Shown: positions 1 to 13,152 of the stretch, one piece after another | Position numbering within the stretch: the stretch's first letter is position 1 | Layout of the letters: the number at the start of each line of letters is the position of its first letter | Origin: Octopus sinensis | Taxonomy: Eukaryota | NCBI RefSeq assembly: GCF_006345805.1 | Contig: NC_043011.1 | Span: forward strand, 11,842,001 to 11,906,000 | Direction of reading: 5' to 3' | Length of the DNA: 64,000 nt | The notes under the pieces: generated by a model | Database searches by the model: none | What the model was told of the DNA's origin: nothing | The model's input: only the letters and a program-made list of their open reading frames with translations | Program-made: the position numbers and the translations under genes

Positions 1-135
1 CAAGGCCTCTTCAGAGATTATAAAGTACAAACTAAACTAAATATGAATATCAGAGGGGGTACACCCATACAAGAGTGGGTACGTACCCATAATATATAAT
101 ATACACATACATATGAGTGCATATATCCACACTCC

Positions 136-175
<40 letters not shown>

Positions 176-635
176 CATAATAATATACAACAATATACAT
201 ACATATGTTCTATATTCAAGGTTACAGTTGGTCAAAACAATATATTAGAATATTACAATATACAAACATACATATATCTATATTCAAATGCACATATACA
301 AAGTCAAGAGTTCATTATAATATATATATATATATATATATACATATACATATGTGTGTGTCTTTTTTTTAGGATTAAGTAAAAAGACAAGAGACGAAAT
401 ATATGACCTAACAATATATATAATTTTACTTCTCTATAACTTAGTATGCTTCTTTTTCGGATTTATGATTTACTGATCATATCTATATCTATATATACAT
501 ATGTGTGTGTGAGTGGGTGTGCGTGTATGTACGGATGTATGTATGCATGTATATATGTATATGTGTGTTTCTGTGTATATAAAAATAACTTCCTATCTTT
601 ACATATAAACGTTGATTTAAAAACATACATATATA

Positions 636-672
<37 letters not shown>

Positions 673-935
673 ATAGGGAAGTATGTGAGTATATGTACTT
701 GTCGTTTTTTAATGCAAATACGTTTTGGGGATCATGATAAAGTTTCTTGTTCTATGATTTTAGTTAACGAAAAACACTTAAATCTCGTAAATCAAGAGCA
801 AACAAACTTACATCGAATTACAGTTCTAATAACAAGCAACTACTTTAAAAACTTGTTTTGCCTTGAATTTCAGACCACTTACCAACATGCTAACTTATAC
901 ATCTTCTACAAGCGACTACATCAGGACGAAAAGTG

Positions 936-1333
936 GGATCTTTTCGGTTTGAAAGGCAGTTTTTAACATAATTTCTAGGTAACTAAAAAATTTTAAACTT
1001 CGTATACTGGTAGAATGTGTTTATAAAACATCTTTTTCTCTTGGCTTTATTGAGAAAATTCTATAGCTTGTAAGATATTTGTTGTTGTTTTTTTTCTTCA
1101 ATTTCTTCAATTTCAACCAATCAATGGACGTCTATTGAGGTGGAAAAAAAAGCATTCTGTGTCGTTTGAATATGTTTATTTACATTTGTGAAGAAAAAAA
1201 GATACCCTTCCCCCACCCCTAACCCTAACCTTAAAACAATGAAATGCAATAGATCGATACTAGGGTCATAATTATGGGTGACAATTTCATATGACACCGC
1301 TAGAAAAAACTATCGTTCAAACCGAAAAGATCC
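936..1333 (+). mobile_element. Non-autonomous DNA transposon (MITE), Merlin-like, copy 1
   Basis: ~29-bp TIRs GGATCTTTTCGGTTTGAA...TTCAAACCGAAAAGATCC; 8-bp flanks GAAAAGTG/GAAAAATG (7/8); internal CCCTAA repeats; no ORF. Confidence 0.9.
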
Positions 1334-1513
1334 GAAAAATGTGTTACATCTGCCATTATCTTGTTGCTATAACAGTAAACAGAATTTGGGGTTAAAATAA
1401 CGAAGGTCACGATTCGCATAACCCCCAACCCACCCCTTTCACAATACCCCATTGTCTTACATGAAGAAACTTAATTACTACCAACCCTATTCATACTCTC
1501 TCTCTCTTTTTCT

Positions 1514-1714
1514 CTCTTTTACTTGTTTCAGTCATTTGACTGCGGCCATACTGGAGCACCGCCTTTAGTCGAGCAACTCGACCCCGGGACTTATTCTTTG
1601 TAAGCCCAGTACTTATTTTATCCGTCTCTTTTGCCGAACCGCTAAGTGACGGAGACGTAAACACACCAGCATCGGTTGTCAAGCAATGCTAGGGGGACAA
1701 ACACAGACACACAA

Positions 1715-1809
<95 letters not shown>

Positions 1810-1962
1810 TACGACGGGCTTCTTTCAGTTTCCGTCTACCAAATCCACTCACAAGGCATTGGTCGGCCCGGAGCTATAGCAGAAGACACTTGCCCAAGAA
1901 GACTGAACCCGGAACCATGTGGTTGGTTAGCAAGCTAATTACCACACAGCCACTCTGCGCCT
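1514..1962 (-). mobile_element. tRNA-derived SINE, family A (CORE-like centre, internal TA/CA microsatellite), full length
   Basis: Same head with pol III A/B-box-like motifs and 3' end (CTGAAACAAGTAAAAGAG) as ~12 other copies in the window. Confidence 0.85.
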
Positions 1963-2409
1963 GTGACTATAAAATGACAAAATTTCGGCAAAATTTCCGT
2001 TTTGGGGTCATAAAATACTTCAACTCCGATCTCTTACTGATCATCTCAAAGACTTACATTAGACGACGGTTGAAATATCTGAAACAGCGCAGCTGCTGTG
2101 CCTTCAAAGTGACATTCGGCTGACTGGTGAGACTCACATGGCACTGCTTTATCTTTCTGCTTCTCTAACTACTTACATACCACCGCTACCCAAGAACCTC
2201 TTATTCACTTACCTTTCTTTTTCTCCTAATCTCTTTATTGTACTTCACTCACCATATTTCATATTAAGTGATCACTGTTCTCCAACACTGTAGCCATTTC
2301 GAAATCTAGTAGCAGTATTTTTCCCTACAAGTATCAAAAAATTGACGTTAGAATTTAATAGTGGTATTTATCACTCCAGTTTGCATTCATCTATAGAGGC
2401 CAGGAATAC

Positions 2410-3203
2410 GGATCTTTTCGGTTTGAACGGCAGTTTTTAACATAATTTCTAGGTAACTAAAAAATTTTAAACTTCGTATACTGGTAGAATGTGTTCATAA
2501 AACATCTTTTTCTCTTGGCTTTATTGAGAAAATTCCATAGTTTGTAAGATATTTGTTGTTTTTTTCTTCAATTTCTGCAATTTCAACCAATCACTGACGT
2601 CCATTGAAGTAAAAAAAAAATTTTGTGTCGTATGAATATGTCCCTCGTTTAAGAAACAGATTGGGTTTATTTACATTTCTGAAGAAAAAAAGATACCCTT
2701 CCACCACCCCTAGTCCTAACCCTAACTAGCCCTAACTCTAACCCTAATCCTAAAATAGATTGAAATGCAACAGATCGATACTAGGGACATAATTATGGGT
2801 GACAATTTCATATGACACCGCTAGAAAAAACTGCCGTTCAAACCGAAAAGATCCAACGATTTTTTAGATCAGGCATGATAATTAATTATCATTTGGTTGT
2901 CATGTCTGATACCGACAACAAAATCTTATAGCCGTTTGTCTCGATAAATAAATGTTATTGCTTTATGACTTTATATGAGGCATTTCATTGAATTGGTTAA
3001 ATAAACATATGTCTGAACATTAGGCTTAGTCTTTAACTATTTAGAGGTTAACTATCAGTCGTCACATTCATATATGCACGCACGCACAAACAACACGCAC
3101 GTACACACACACAGACACACACGCTCATACTAGGGTCATAATTATGGGTGACAATTTCATATGACACCGCTAGAAAAAACTGCCGTTCAAACCGAAAAGA
3201 TCC
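2410..3203 (+). mobile_element. Composite MITE: full copy (2410-2854) + 276-bp captured segment + duplicated right end (3127-3203)
   Basis: TIR at 2410; right TIR twice (ending 2854 and 3203); 2855-3130 is the reverse complement of 18078-18353. Confidence 0.9.
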
Positions 3204-3929
3204 GGAATAATTCCCTTGCTTTTCGACAAGAGCATAAGAAACTTAACAAACAATACAAAGTGATAATTTGGACACTTCCACTGTGAAGTAGAGAAGAGGC
3301 TTATTACGAACTGCTAACCCTGTTTCTTAGTTCCGCTCAACAGTTCTAGTAATATCTCTCTACATACGAAAAGCTTAAACATCATACAGTCTAGATGCTA
3401 TTTCTTCGATAATTTTAAATTTCAGTGCTTATGTAAAAAGAAAATCATTAATAGGGACATTCTTCGAAAGAGAATAACAAGTGCAGTATCAATAAGAACT
3501 GGGCTGCCACTTAACCTCACTGCTAATAACAGTACCACTGCTACCTATCACCACTATCAGGTTCATATGTATTTTAACAACGTCACAGGCTTCTAGCTTT
3601 GATAACATTCGCGTAAGTGAAAGTAAGCTGGTAATTTGTCAGACAAAAACTGATAAGATATTGGGTGGGTATTGTCATATGGCATCAGTTATCATGCAGA
3701 CAATGTATCGTGTAACAAGGTTCACATATTCCTACAGACCTATACTTGTGCATAGACATATCAAACCACATTCTGAAGGTCATACACGTCTACATAGAAG
3801 CGTGTATAAATACGCTACTTACATGCACACGAGCATAGATACATACACACACACACACACACACCTATAAACTCACGCATATACAGGGTGGGCCAAAAAT
3901 CACGTACCAAAATATTTGATATCTTATTT

Positions 3930-3941
3930 GTTATTATTATT

Positions 3942-4009
<68 letters not shown>

Positions 4010-4011
4010 CA
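3930..4011. repeat. (TAA/TTA)n microsatellite at the 3' side of the R4/Dong-like LINE
   Basis: Direct reading. Confidence 0.95.
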
Positions 4012-4110
4012 TTCAGTAGTTTTATTTCTATAGCATGCTTTCACTTCACTACCGAGCACAGCTCTGTGTGCCTTGGGTATGTGCTGTGATTTGTTGTGAT
4101 GCTCTGATGG

Positions 4111-4889
4111 TTATTGTATGGAAAGTGTTCTGCGTAGGATGTGTGCAGTGCCTAGTAGTGCAATTTTCTGTATGTTATATGTGTTTGTAAGTCCTGGTGT
4201 TTTTGTTATGTATTTGTCTGAATATTTTTTTATCATGCCTAATACACCTACTATGATAGGAATTGTTTCTGTTTTCAGGTTCCACATTCTAGTTACCTCT
4301 ATTTCCAGGTCTTTGTATTTTGAGAGTTTCTCCATTTCTTTTAGAGGCACGTTGTCATCTGCCGGTATTGATACATCAATTAGAAAGCATTTTTTTCTTC
4401 ATGATCTCTGACAACTATATCTAGTCTGTTGGCCTTAATTTCTCTATCTGTGTGTATCGGCATATCCCAGAGTATGGTTGCTTTCTCGTTTTCTGTGACC
4501 TTTTCTGGTGTGTGCCTATACCATCTTTTTTCTGTTGTTATTCCATAATGTTGGCATAGCTTCCAATGTATATAGGTTCCAACTCCGTCATGTCTGTGAA
4601 TATATTCCTTCTTAGCCAGGACTGGGCAGCTAGAGATAATATGATTTATTGTTTCTTGTCCATCTCCACATATTCTGCAGTTACTTGTAATATTTATTTT
4701 CATTACATGTTTTTGGTAATTTCTGGTGGGGAGGCTTTGGTCTTGTGCTGCAATTAAAAATCCCTCTGTTTCTGCTTTGAGTCCTGAGCTTCTCAACCAT
4801 TGCTGGGATTTTTCTTTGTCTATTTCTTTTGCGTTTAGTTTAGTGCAGTATTTACCATGAAGGGGCTTTTCTTGCCATCGTTTTATCAT
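4111..4889 (-). pseudogene. C-terminal zinc knuckle and RLE endonuclease of the R4/Dong ORF, frameshifted near 4380
   Basis: ORFs 4380-4889 and 4111-4350 join into a typical RLE C-terminus (ETIPIIVGVLG...QKIALLGTAHILRR). Confidence 0.85.
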
Positions 4890-4892
4890 GGC

Positions 4893-6692
4893 TCATTGCT
4901 GTTCTATTTTTAGTTTGGATTTCATTTGTTTTATAGCGTTTGTTGTTTCTTCATCATCTTCTTCTTCTTCTTTGTGTTTATTAGGTGGTATGATTTCTTG
5001 TTTGTATTTGTCAGCTTCCTTAAATACTGAGAACAGTTTTTTGTTTTGCTCGTGTTTTGCTGCTATCTGGATCAGTTTTCCTTCCTTCTGAAGTAGGTAT
5101 TTTTGCAGTCCTATGGTGGTTATTTTATAGTAGTTTTCCAGCTGTATAAGGCCTCTACCACCTTCTATACGTTGTATATATAGTCTTTCTATGTCAGATT
5201 TTGGGTGATGCATCCTAGATCCTGTCAGTATTTTTCTTGTTTTCCTATCTATTTTGGACAGTTCATTTCGTGTCCAGTTAAGGATATTGTAGCTGTAACT
5301 TATAACTGGGACAGCTAAAGTGTTGATACCTATTATCTTGTTTTTAGCATTGAGCTCTGTTTTTAGTATTGATCTAACTCGTCTATAATATTCTTTTTTT
5401 ATTTTCTCTTTCATTTGTGTGTGTTGTGTCTTATCTAGTTCATGGATTCCTAAGTATTTGTAAGTTTGGCTTTGGTCTAATTCTTTTATTTCATTGGTTT
5501 TATCTAGTGTGATGTTGTTACTCTTAACTAGTTTTCCTCTTTTCATGGTTACTTTGGCGCATTTTTCTAATCCAAATTTCATATCTATTTCTTTGGTAAA
5601 TCCATGAACTGTCTTTAGTAGTGTTTCCAGCTGTTTGTAATTTGCAGCGTATAGTTTTAGGTCATCCATATATAAAAGGTGGCTGATCGTTTTGCCGTAA
5701 CATTTATATCCGCATCCAGTTCTATTTAGCATATCAGATAGAGGTGACAGTGCCAAGCAGAAAAGGAGTGGAGAGTGCGTGTCTCCTCTTCTAATGGGGA
5801 TGTCTTTGGTTTTCATGAGTCCCTCTTTTGTTTGGAGGTGTAGGACTGTTTGCCATTTATTCATAGAGTGCTCTATGGATTTTATGATTGTTGGTGCTAC
5901 TTTGTTAATGGCTAGTGTTTCGAGGATCCATGTGTGGGGGATGCTATCAAACGCCTTTTTGTAGTCAATCCAGGCCATACTGAGGCCTTTCTCCTTTCTG
6001 TGGCTGTCTTCAGTTACGGCTTTATTAATCATTAGTTGATCTTTACAGCCATATGAGCCTTTGCGGCATCCTTTCTGCTCTTCTGGGAACAGTTTGTTTT
6101 CGTCCAGGTGCTTGCTCAGCCTTTGCGATATCACTGCAGTAAATGCCTTGAACATAGTAGGGAGGCAGGTTATTGGTCTGTAGTTTTCTGGTTTTGTTGT
6201 TTCATTTGATTTGGGAATTAAGATGGTTTTCCCCTTCGTGAGCCATTCAGGCATTGTCTCTGGCTCCGCTAGTATGCTGTTAAAGTTTTCAGCCAGCTTT
6301 TTGTGCATTCCTGTTAGATATTTCAACCAGAAGTTGGGGATCTTGTGATGCCCAGGTGCCTTCCAGTTGCTTAGTTTTTGCAGTGCCTGGGTGACCTCTT
6401 CAGTTGTTATGGGGGTCCAAAGTTGTTCAAATGCCGAATTTGTTATTTTGATACTCCTTTTTTTTGGCTGTTCGTTCGCCGACCATATCTCTCTCCAGAA
6501 TTCTTCCAATTCTTCTGCCGTTGGTGCTGCAGTGACTTCTATTTTATTTTTTGCCAGTTCTTGGTAGAACTTTTTGGGGTTGGAGTTGAACTTTTTGTTC
6601 TGTTCAAAGAAGCGTTGGCGTTTCTCGTACCGGCGGATCCTTTGAGCTTTGGCAAGGATATCTTGCTTCAGCTTTTCTTTTATTTCCGGCAA
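4893..6692 (-). pseudogene. Reverse transcriptase portion of the R4/Dong ORF (599 aa open, no true N-terminus)
   Basis: RT motifs as above; ends at an in-frame stop before the C-terminal part. Confidence 0.85.
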
Positions 6693-6706
6693 ATCTTTTT
6701 CTGTGA

Positions 6707-6708
<2 letters not shown>

Positions 6709-6782
<74 letters not shown>
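6709..6782. repeat. (TAA/TTA)n microsatellite at the 5' truncation side of the R4/Dong-like LINE
   Basis: Direct reading. Confidence 0.95.
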
Positions 6783-6785
6783 GTC

Positions 6786-8085
6786 GTCTCTATGAGCAGT
6801 ACTAAATCATGTAGTAGGGCTGTTCAGAAAAGGCAAATTCCAAAAATTCAAATATTTTAACAGTCAATTTTCACTATTTTTTTAATTTTCAAACAAGGAG
6901 TTAATTATTTGAATGCTAAAAATTACTTTATTTATAATTTATTTATTAATTTTATAGTAAATAGAATATGATTATTGGCGGAGGTAAAGGAAATGGACCG
7001 CACTCCCTTTATGTTATTTTGTTTTGTTTTGTTTTTCTATAGAAACCCACATTTTCGACTGCGGAGATTCCGAATCTTCAAAAAAAGTTGGCATTTCAAG
7101 ATTTTAATTCCAGCCCCCCAACCTCCACAATTTTTCACTTAAAAAAAAAATTTTATTTACGAAATACGTAGAAAAATACGGAGATTATGATTCTGAAAAA
7201 AAATTTGTAAAATTTCAATTTTTCGAAAAGAAAATTTTGAAATACCAATTTTCTTTTTGCAGATTCGGAATCTCTGCGGTCGAGAAGATGGGTTTCTTTA
7301 GAAAAAAAGATCGAAAGCGGGTGCGGTCCATGTCCTTTACCTCCGCCATGATAATTTGTGGCTTTGTCTCTCTGAGCAGTACTGAAGTCTGTAGTAAGGC
7401 TGTTCAGAAAAGGCAAATGCTACCTGTAATTATATTCTATTCAATATTAATTTAATTTATTTAAAATAGTGATTTTATTTTTAATAAGTATCCTCATTTT
7501 TATTTCATTATTTTAAAAGTTCTTTAAATATATTCATTTGTAATTTTGTCTCTGTAAAGTACTGAAATTACATTATGTCCAAAAAAGGCAAAGTTGCAAC
7601 GATTATCATTCATTTTTAATTCAATTTAATTTCTAAATGAGAATTAGTCAAATGAAAAAATCAAAATTTTATTTAAATTTTCTTGGAAATTTTTGAATTA
7701 AAAATGACTGCAAAAAATGGTAATTTTATATATCTTTAATTAAAATTTTACTATTACTGCAATACCTGTAAAAAAACACTGGACTAGCCAATGAAAAATG
7801 CGGATGCATACTAACAATATTCTTAACAATTAAACTTGGCAAAGTAGAGGACAAGAAAAAACATTAAAATTAGAGTTTAAAATATTGCTGCTAAAATTAA
7901 TATTAAAACGTACCTCTTAAGTACTTTTTCATATTTTTTAAAATTCAATTAATTTTACTTTTCCTTTTTTATTCTAATTTAATTTTTGTACTAAATTAAA
8001 TTTAAAAAAAATTTTATTTTAATTTCAGCAGCAATATTTTAACCTCTAATTTTAATGAGTTTTTTCTTGTCCTCTACTTTTCCAG
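6786..8085. repeat. AT-rich region with nested direct and inverted repeats (probable MITE remnants)
   Basis: Inverted pair ~6972-7086/7254-7353; inverted pair ~7837-7899/8021-8085; direct ~55-bp repeats at ~6786, 7366, 7549. Confidence 0.55.
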
Positions 8086-8134
8086 GTTTAATTGTTAAGA
8101 ATATTGTTAGTATGCGTCCGCATTTTTCATTGGC

Positions 8135-8572
8135 TACTACATTTCTCAATGTCCATCATAATGCTACGTTTATCAATGTACGTTCTAATATTACAAATGG
8201 CAATATACGGTATCATGGTACATTTGATACTGTACATCATATTAATACATTTGTCAATGTACGTCATAATACTACACTTGGAAATGACCGTTATGATATT
8301 ACATATCGTAACGTTCGTCATAATGTTACATTTTCTAATGTAATTCATAGTACTACATTTGGTAATGTATGTACTAATTCTACATTTAATAAAGTACGTC
8401 ATAATAGTGCATATGACAATGTACTCATAGTATTAAATTTAACTATGTACATCTTAATACTACATTTAGCCATGTACGTCATAACACTACATATTTTATT
8501 GTATGTTGTGACACTACATATGACAATATACGGCATATTACAACACTGGACAATGTGCGTACGTTGTAATAC
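8135..8572 (+). repeat. Degenerate 27-bp minisatellite (consensus ~TACATTTGTCAATGTACGTCATAATAC), ~16 units
   Basis: 27-bp periodicity read directly; about 4 more units at ~9428-9535. Confidence 0.85.
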
Positions 8573-9533
8573 TATTGTAGCAAGTAGCCATTTTAGCCAT
8601 TTTGAAATAAGGCGCGAATTGGCAATATGACGTAATGTCGTATTGCCGAAGAATTATTATTGTCGTTTTTTTTCCATTGGTTAATATAACTGCTCATATA
8701 ATAATTCTAAGAGTTACTTAAAGAATATTTGTAATGGATTTTGATTCTTTTAAGTCAAGTTGAGCAGTTATAAAAACCCTGGATTTTGGAAAAAAACTTT
8801 AGTGTTTGTTGTATGTAACTGAACTCCACGACATTCACTCCTTTGAGACATTGGTGATTTTTCATGCCATGTCCAAAGGAAAGTCAACAAGTCTATTTTG
8901 AATTGTTGATTCATCTATTAGTTAGCTTTATGAATTAGCTAGTGAATATATATAGTCGTACTTCTACACGACGAAAATAATCTTTTCTTTCACATGTACA
9001 TAATATAAAATGTTGTATTTATATAATAAAACTAATTAAGAAAATATTTTCTCTTCACGTTTTTCAACTGTGTATAAATAAATATTCATTTCTGTAATCA
9101 TTAAATTATATTTTCTTATAGCGGTTAAATGAACACGAAGATAATATTATACATACATGACGCTAATATTCTTAGCGTTCCGTAAGTATATTTCTCTATG
9201 GCGTTATATACTGAAATTCGGGTTTGCGTATAATGATAACATTTAAGTTATAAGTGACATTTTAATCATTATATACACCCTTACTTAAAAAGCCAAATAA
9301 AATAATATATTTCCCAATAGGAAACACAATAAATAGCATTACATTACTGTAACAAAACTAAATAGAGAATTTACGATATTAATATAACCTAAGAGAAAGC
9401 TTAAGGTATCCTAAAACAACCCTATACTATATTTGACAATGTATTTAATAAGGCTACTTTTGCTAGTGTATGCTATCATACTACATTCGTCAATGTACAT
9501 CTTAATATGACATTTGACAATGTGTGTCGTAAT

Positions 9534-9740
9534 ATTGGTTTCAAATTTTTGCACAAGGCCCGTATTTTCAGAAGGGTGGGTAAGTCGATTACATCAACGC
9601 CAGTACTCAACTGCTACTCATTGTATAAAGAATAAAGACAAAGTTGACCTCGACCAAATTTGAGCTCAATCGTGAAGATGGATGAAAAGCCGCTAAGCAT
9701 TTGCCCGGCGTGCTTACCGTTCTACCAGTTCGCCACCTTA
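9534..9740 (-). mobile_element. tRNA-derived SINE, family B, degenerate (alternative 3' tail)
   Basis: Similar to 44906-45120 in reverse complement. Confidence 0.6.
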
Positions 9741-10105
9741 ATGTATGTCATAATATTACAATTTTGTCAATAGAAGGGATTCAGACCACCACCACCAAAT
9801 CCAATGGATTGGGTTGTGAAGTGAAAATGCGTAAAACATGCTGCAGATACTCTATTAAAGTTTCCAGGAATGAAACTACGTCACACAATTACACTTGGGT
9901 AAATGCATAAAGAATTATATCACCAGCTCGTGTATTAAAGAAAAGTGTATGTCCATTATGTAAGTGTAGATATATTCATACATACACCTACATAGATGTG
10001 CTCGTTGACTCATCTACATAATCTTGGAACTCTCTTGATTAAATAAAAAATTGTCACTTTCTTTGTGAACGAAACGCTTCCGCGAAGAACTTAGGTTGTT
10101 CGTGC

Positions 10106-10140
<35 letters not shown>

Positions 10141-10142
<2 letters not shown>

Positions 10143-10639
10143 TGGCTGACCCCTCGTTATCGAGTATGGCCATTGCACGAAGCTTAATCACTGTTGTTAT
10201 CGTACAATGTCTGTGCAAGAAGATTTTTTGTTAAAGTGAAGAAAGACTGTGCACTGAGTCAATTCCACTCACTAAGCAACAGCAGCCATAATCCGAAAAG
10301 AAGAACAAGTCAACATCATCGGTAACCACTGAGCCGCAGGTTTTATGTCGGAGTTATCCCAGTTACCTGAGTTATCTTCTCCTAGAAGGATGCCCTAACA
10401 AAGGCTAGGAGTCCTTCACTCCCAATGGTTTAACCGCGCGATCGGGTATTCAGTCCGATTATTTCCATGTCCCCACGCATGATACAGCCTTAAGACATTT
10501 ATTGGATGGCCGTTGACTCTCAAGAGTTCCTCCGCCCTTTGACGGGTTTTGTTTTTTATCCCGCAGGGTGACCAATAAACACCCTCCTCACCAACCAAGC
10601 TTGGTGGGGTTGCCGGTTTAGTCACCGACGACCCGACCA

Positions 10640-10640
<1 letters not shown>
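10141..10640 (-). mobile_element. Probable RTE-type 5'-UTR-derived repeats between two (TA)n tracts
   Basis: Recalled resemblance to RTE 5' ends (AAACCGGCAACCCCACCAAGCTTGG; TCTAGGAGAAG); no ORF support. Confidence 0.35.
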
Positions 10641-10711
<71 letters not shown>

Positions 10712-11125
10712 CTGGCTTACATGCAAGAACAAATATACACACATGCAAACATATATATGAGTGAGAGAAATAAGAGACAGTGACCATTCCAAGAAAGATA
10801 CTTCTAACAGAACTTATATCGGAACAAGAGTTGAAGTGAGGAGGAAGAGAGAGAGAAATAACAAAATGACGAAGTGTATAAACAAAGAGAAGTGCATATA
10901 AGAGAAAGGTTGTGATGTATAAACTGTTATGTACAATTAGTAAGGATGTAAGCGGACTAAGTAAAAGAGAGAGGCAACGTTGTAAACAAAGGCAAAGAGG
11001 GGCGCCGTCAAAAATGGATACTGTTTATAGAAGAAAATATATTTATTTGTAAGAACATAACACAATAGCTCTTATCATCTGCCCCCGCCTCATCTCTTTA
11101 ACTCTATCTCACTGATATACATATG

Positions 11126-11142
<17 letters not shown>

Positions 11143-11165
<23 letters not shown>

Positions 11166-11832
11166 TTCGTACATACATACATGCATACATACATACATAC
11201 ATTCATACATGCATACATACGTACATACATACATACACATACATACATACATACATACATACATACATACATACATACATACATACGCACATACATATAT
11301 ACATACATACATGCATGCATACATACATACATGCATACATGCATACATACATACGTACATACATTCATTCATACATACATGCATACATACGTACATACAT
11401 ACATACACACACATACATACATACATACATACATACATGCATACATACATACAAACATGTATGCATACATACATACATGCATACATACATACATGCATAC
11501 ATGCATACATACATACATACATACATACATACATGCATAAATACATACGTACATTAATACATAAATACATACATACATACATTAATACATACATACATTC
11601 ATACATACATACATGCATACGTACGTACATATATACATACATACATACATACATACATACATACATACATACATACATACGTACGTACATACATACATAC
11701 ATACATACATACATACATACGTACGTACGTACATACATGCATGCATACATACATACATACATACATACATACATACATACATACATACATACATACATAC
11801 ATACATACATACATACATACATACATACATAC
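11143..11832. repeat. Compound (CA)n/(TACA)n microsatellite, ~690 bp
   Basis: Direct reading. Confidence 0.95.
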
Positions 11833-12386
11833 AGGCTGTACGCAGCCTGTCTGAATATATTTCTTCAAGATCACTGCCAAACAAATGGAGTGATAACCGA
11901 TGAATAGGCAGGAAGAAAAAAAGGAGTTTGAGGCTAGATTGCAAGAAGGCGTTCGACACTGTACCTCATTCATGCGTGATAGAATCACTGCACCTTGCCA
12001 AAGTACCAGCTGCTTTAGTGAATGCCATTGAAAGAATGATTGTAACATGGTCCACACAGTTATCATTGACAACTACTAAAGTATCAACAGGCATATTCCA
12101 GGGAGATAGTTTATCTGTAATGCTATTTGTACTTGCAATGAATCCTGTGTCAGCCCTGCTAACAAACTGCAAAGGCTATATGTTGGGATATTCTGAACAG
12201 GCGCAGGAGTGGCTGTGTGGTAAGTAGCTTGCTAACCAACCACATGGTTCCGGGTTCTGTCCCATTGCGTGGCATCTTGGGCAAGTATCTTCTGCTATAG
12301 CCCCGGGCCGACCAATGCCTTGTGAGTGGATTTGGTAGACGGAAACTAAAAGAAGCCCGTCGTATATATGTATATATATATGTATG

Positions 12387-12446
<60 letters not shown>

Positions 12447-13010
12447 TGTCTGTCTGTGTTTGTCTCCCTAGCATTGCTTGACAACCGATGCTGGTGTGTT
12501 TACGTGCCCGTCACTTAGCTGTTCGGCAAAAGAGACCGATAGAATAAGTACTGGACTTACAAAAGAATAAGTCCCGGGGTCGATTTGCTCGACTAAAGGC
12601 GGTGCTCCAGCATGGCTGCAGTCAAATGACTGAAACAAGTAAAAGAGAGAGTAAAGAGATTAAGTTAATGTCACCCACAAATTATATTCAAGAGGCAGTT
12701 AGAAATAGTCACAACATTCTCACGAGACATAGGAATGGAGTCTGGACAAGATAAATGCCCATACATGATAGTCAATTGAGGAACGATTGTCGACCAGGTA
12801 GAAAAAGATGACACCAACGGCTAGTCTATCTCCCCTATCTCCAATGATGGAAGCTACAGACACCTCGAAATCGATGAGAATGTTGTATACACTGGTGCTG
12901 TGATTAAATCCAAAATAACAAGGGAAAATTTCTGTAAACTCCAGAAAATATGGAACTCGGAATTGTCTGCATTTAACAAGATATTCTAATATCTTTGGAA
13001 TATTTAGTCA
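11833..13010 (+). mobile_element. Degraded R4/Dong-like RT fragment interrupted by a family A SINE
   Basis: LDCKKAFDTVPHS, GIFQGDSLS, then GMESGQDKC-like sequence after the SINE; stops and frameshifts. Confidence 0.75.
12199..12655 (+). mobile_element. tRNA-derived SINE, family A, full length
   Basis: AGGCGCAGGAGTGGCTGTGTGG head to CTGAAACAAGTAAAAGAG tail. Confidence 0.85.
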
Positions 13011-13115
13011 TTTACAAATTTCAGGAGCAGGTAATTGAGTTAATCGAACAACTGAATCCTCGTCGTCGAACGACGGAGACCCACCATATGTGTTTGCCTG
13101 TGTGTATGAGTGTGC

Positions 13116-13152
<37 letters not shown>

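Larger units (their letters stand above)
4012..6708 (-). mobile_element. 5'-truncated R4/Dong-clade non-LTR retrotransposon (RT + zinc knuckle + restriction-like endonuclease)
   Basis: RT motifs (YRPITCL, WIDYKKAFDS, LYMDDLKLY), CCHC-like CRICGDGQETINHIISSC, RHD-like HRHDGV, PD-D/ExK-like RLDIVV...KYKDL; 3' AATAAA; (TAA)n on both sides. Confidence 0.9.

Noticed and set aside
1215-1235. CCCTAA runs as true telomere or chromosome-fusion relics
   Set aside because: All lie at the same internal position of the MITE.
3882-3925. TACAGGGTGGGCCAAAA, a Tc1/mariner-like TIR start
   Set aside because: No matching second TIR found.
8135-8572. 27-bp array as a CRISPR array
   Set aside because: Units are contiguous with no unique spacers, no cas genes, eukaryotic context.
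10420-10640. HDV-like ribozyme in the putative RTE 5' UTR
   Set aside because: Could not fold a convincing nested double pseudoknot by eye.
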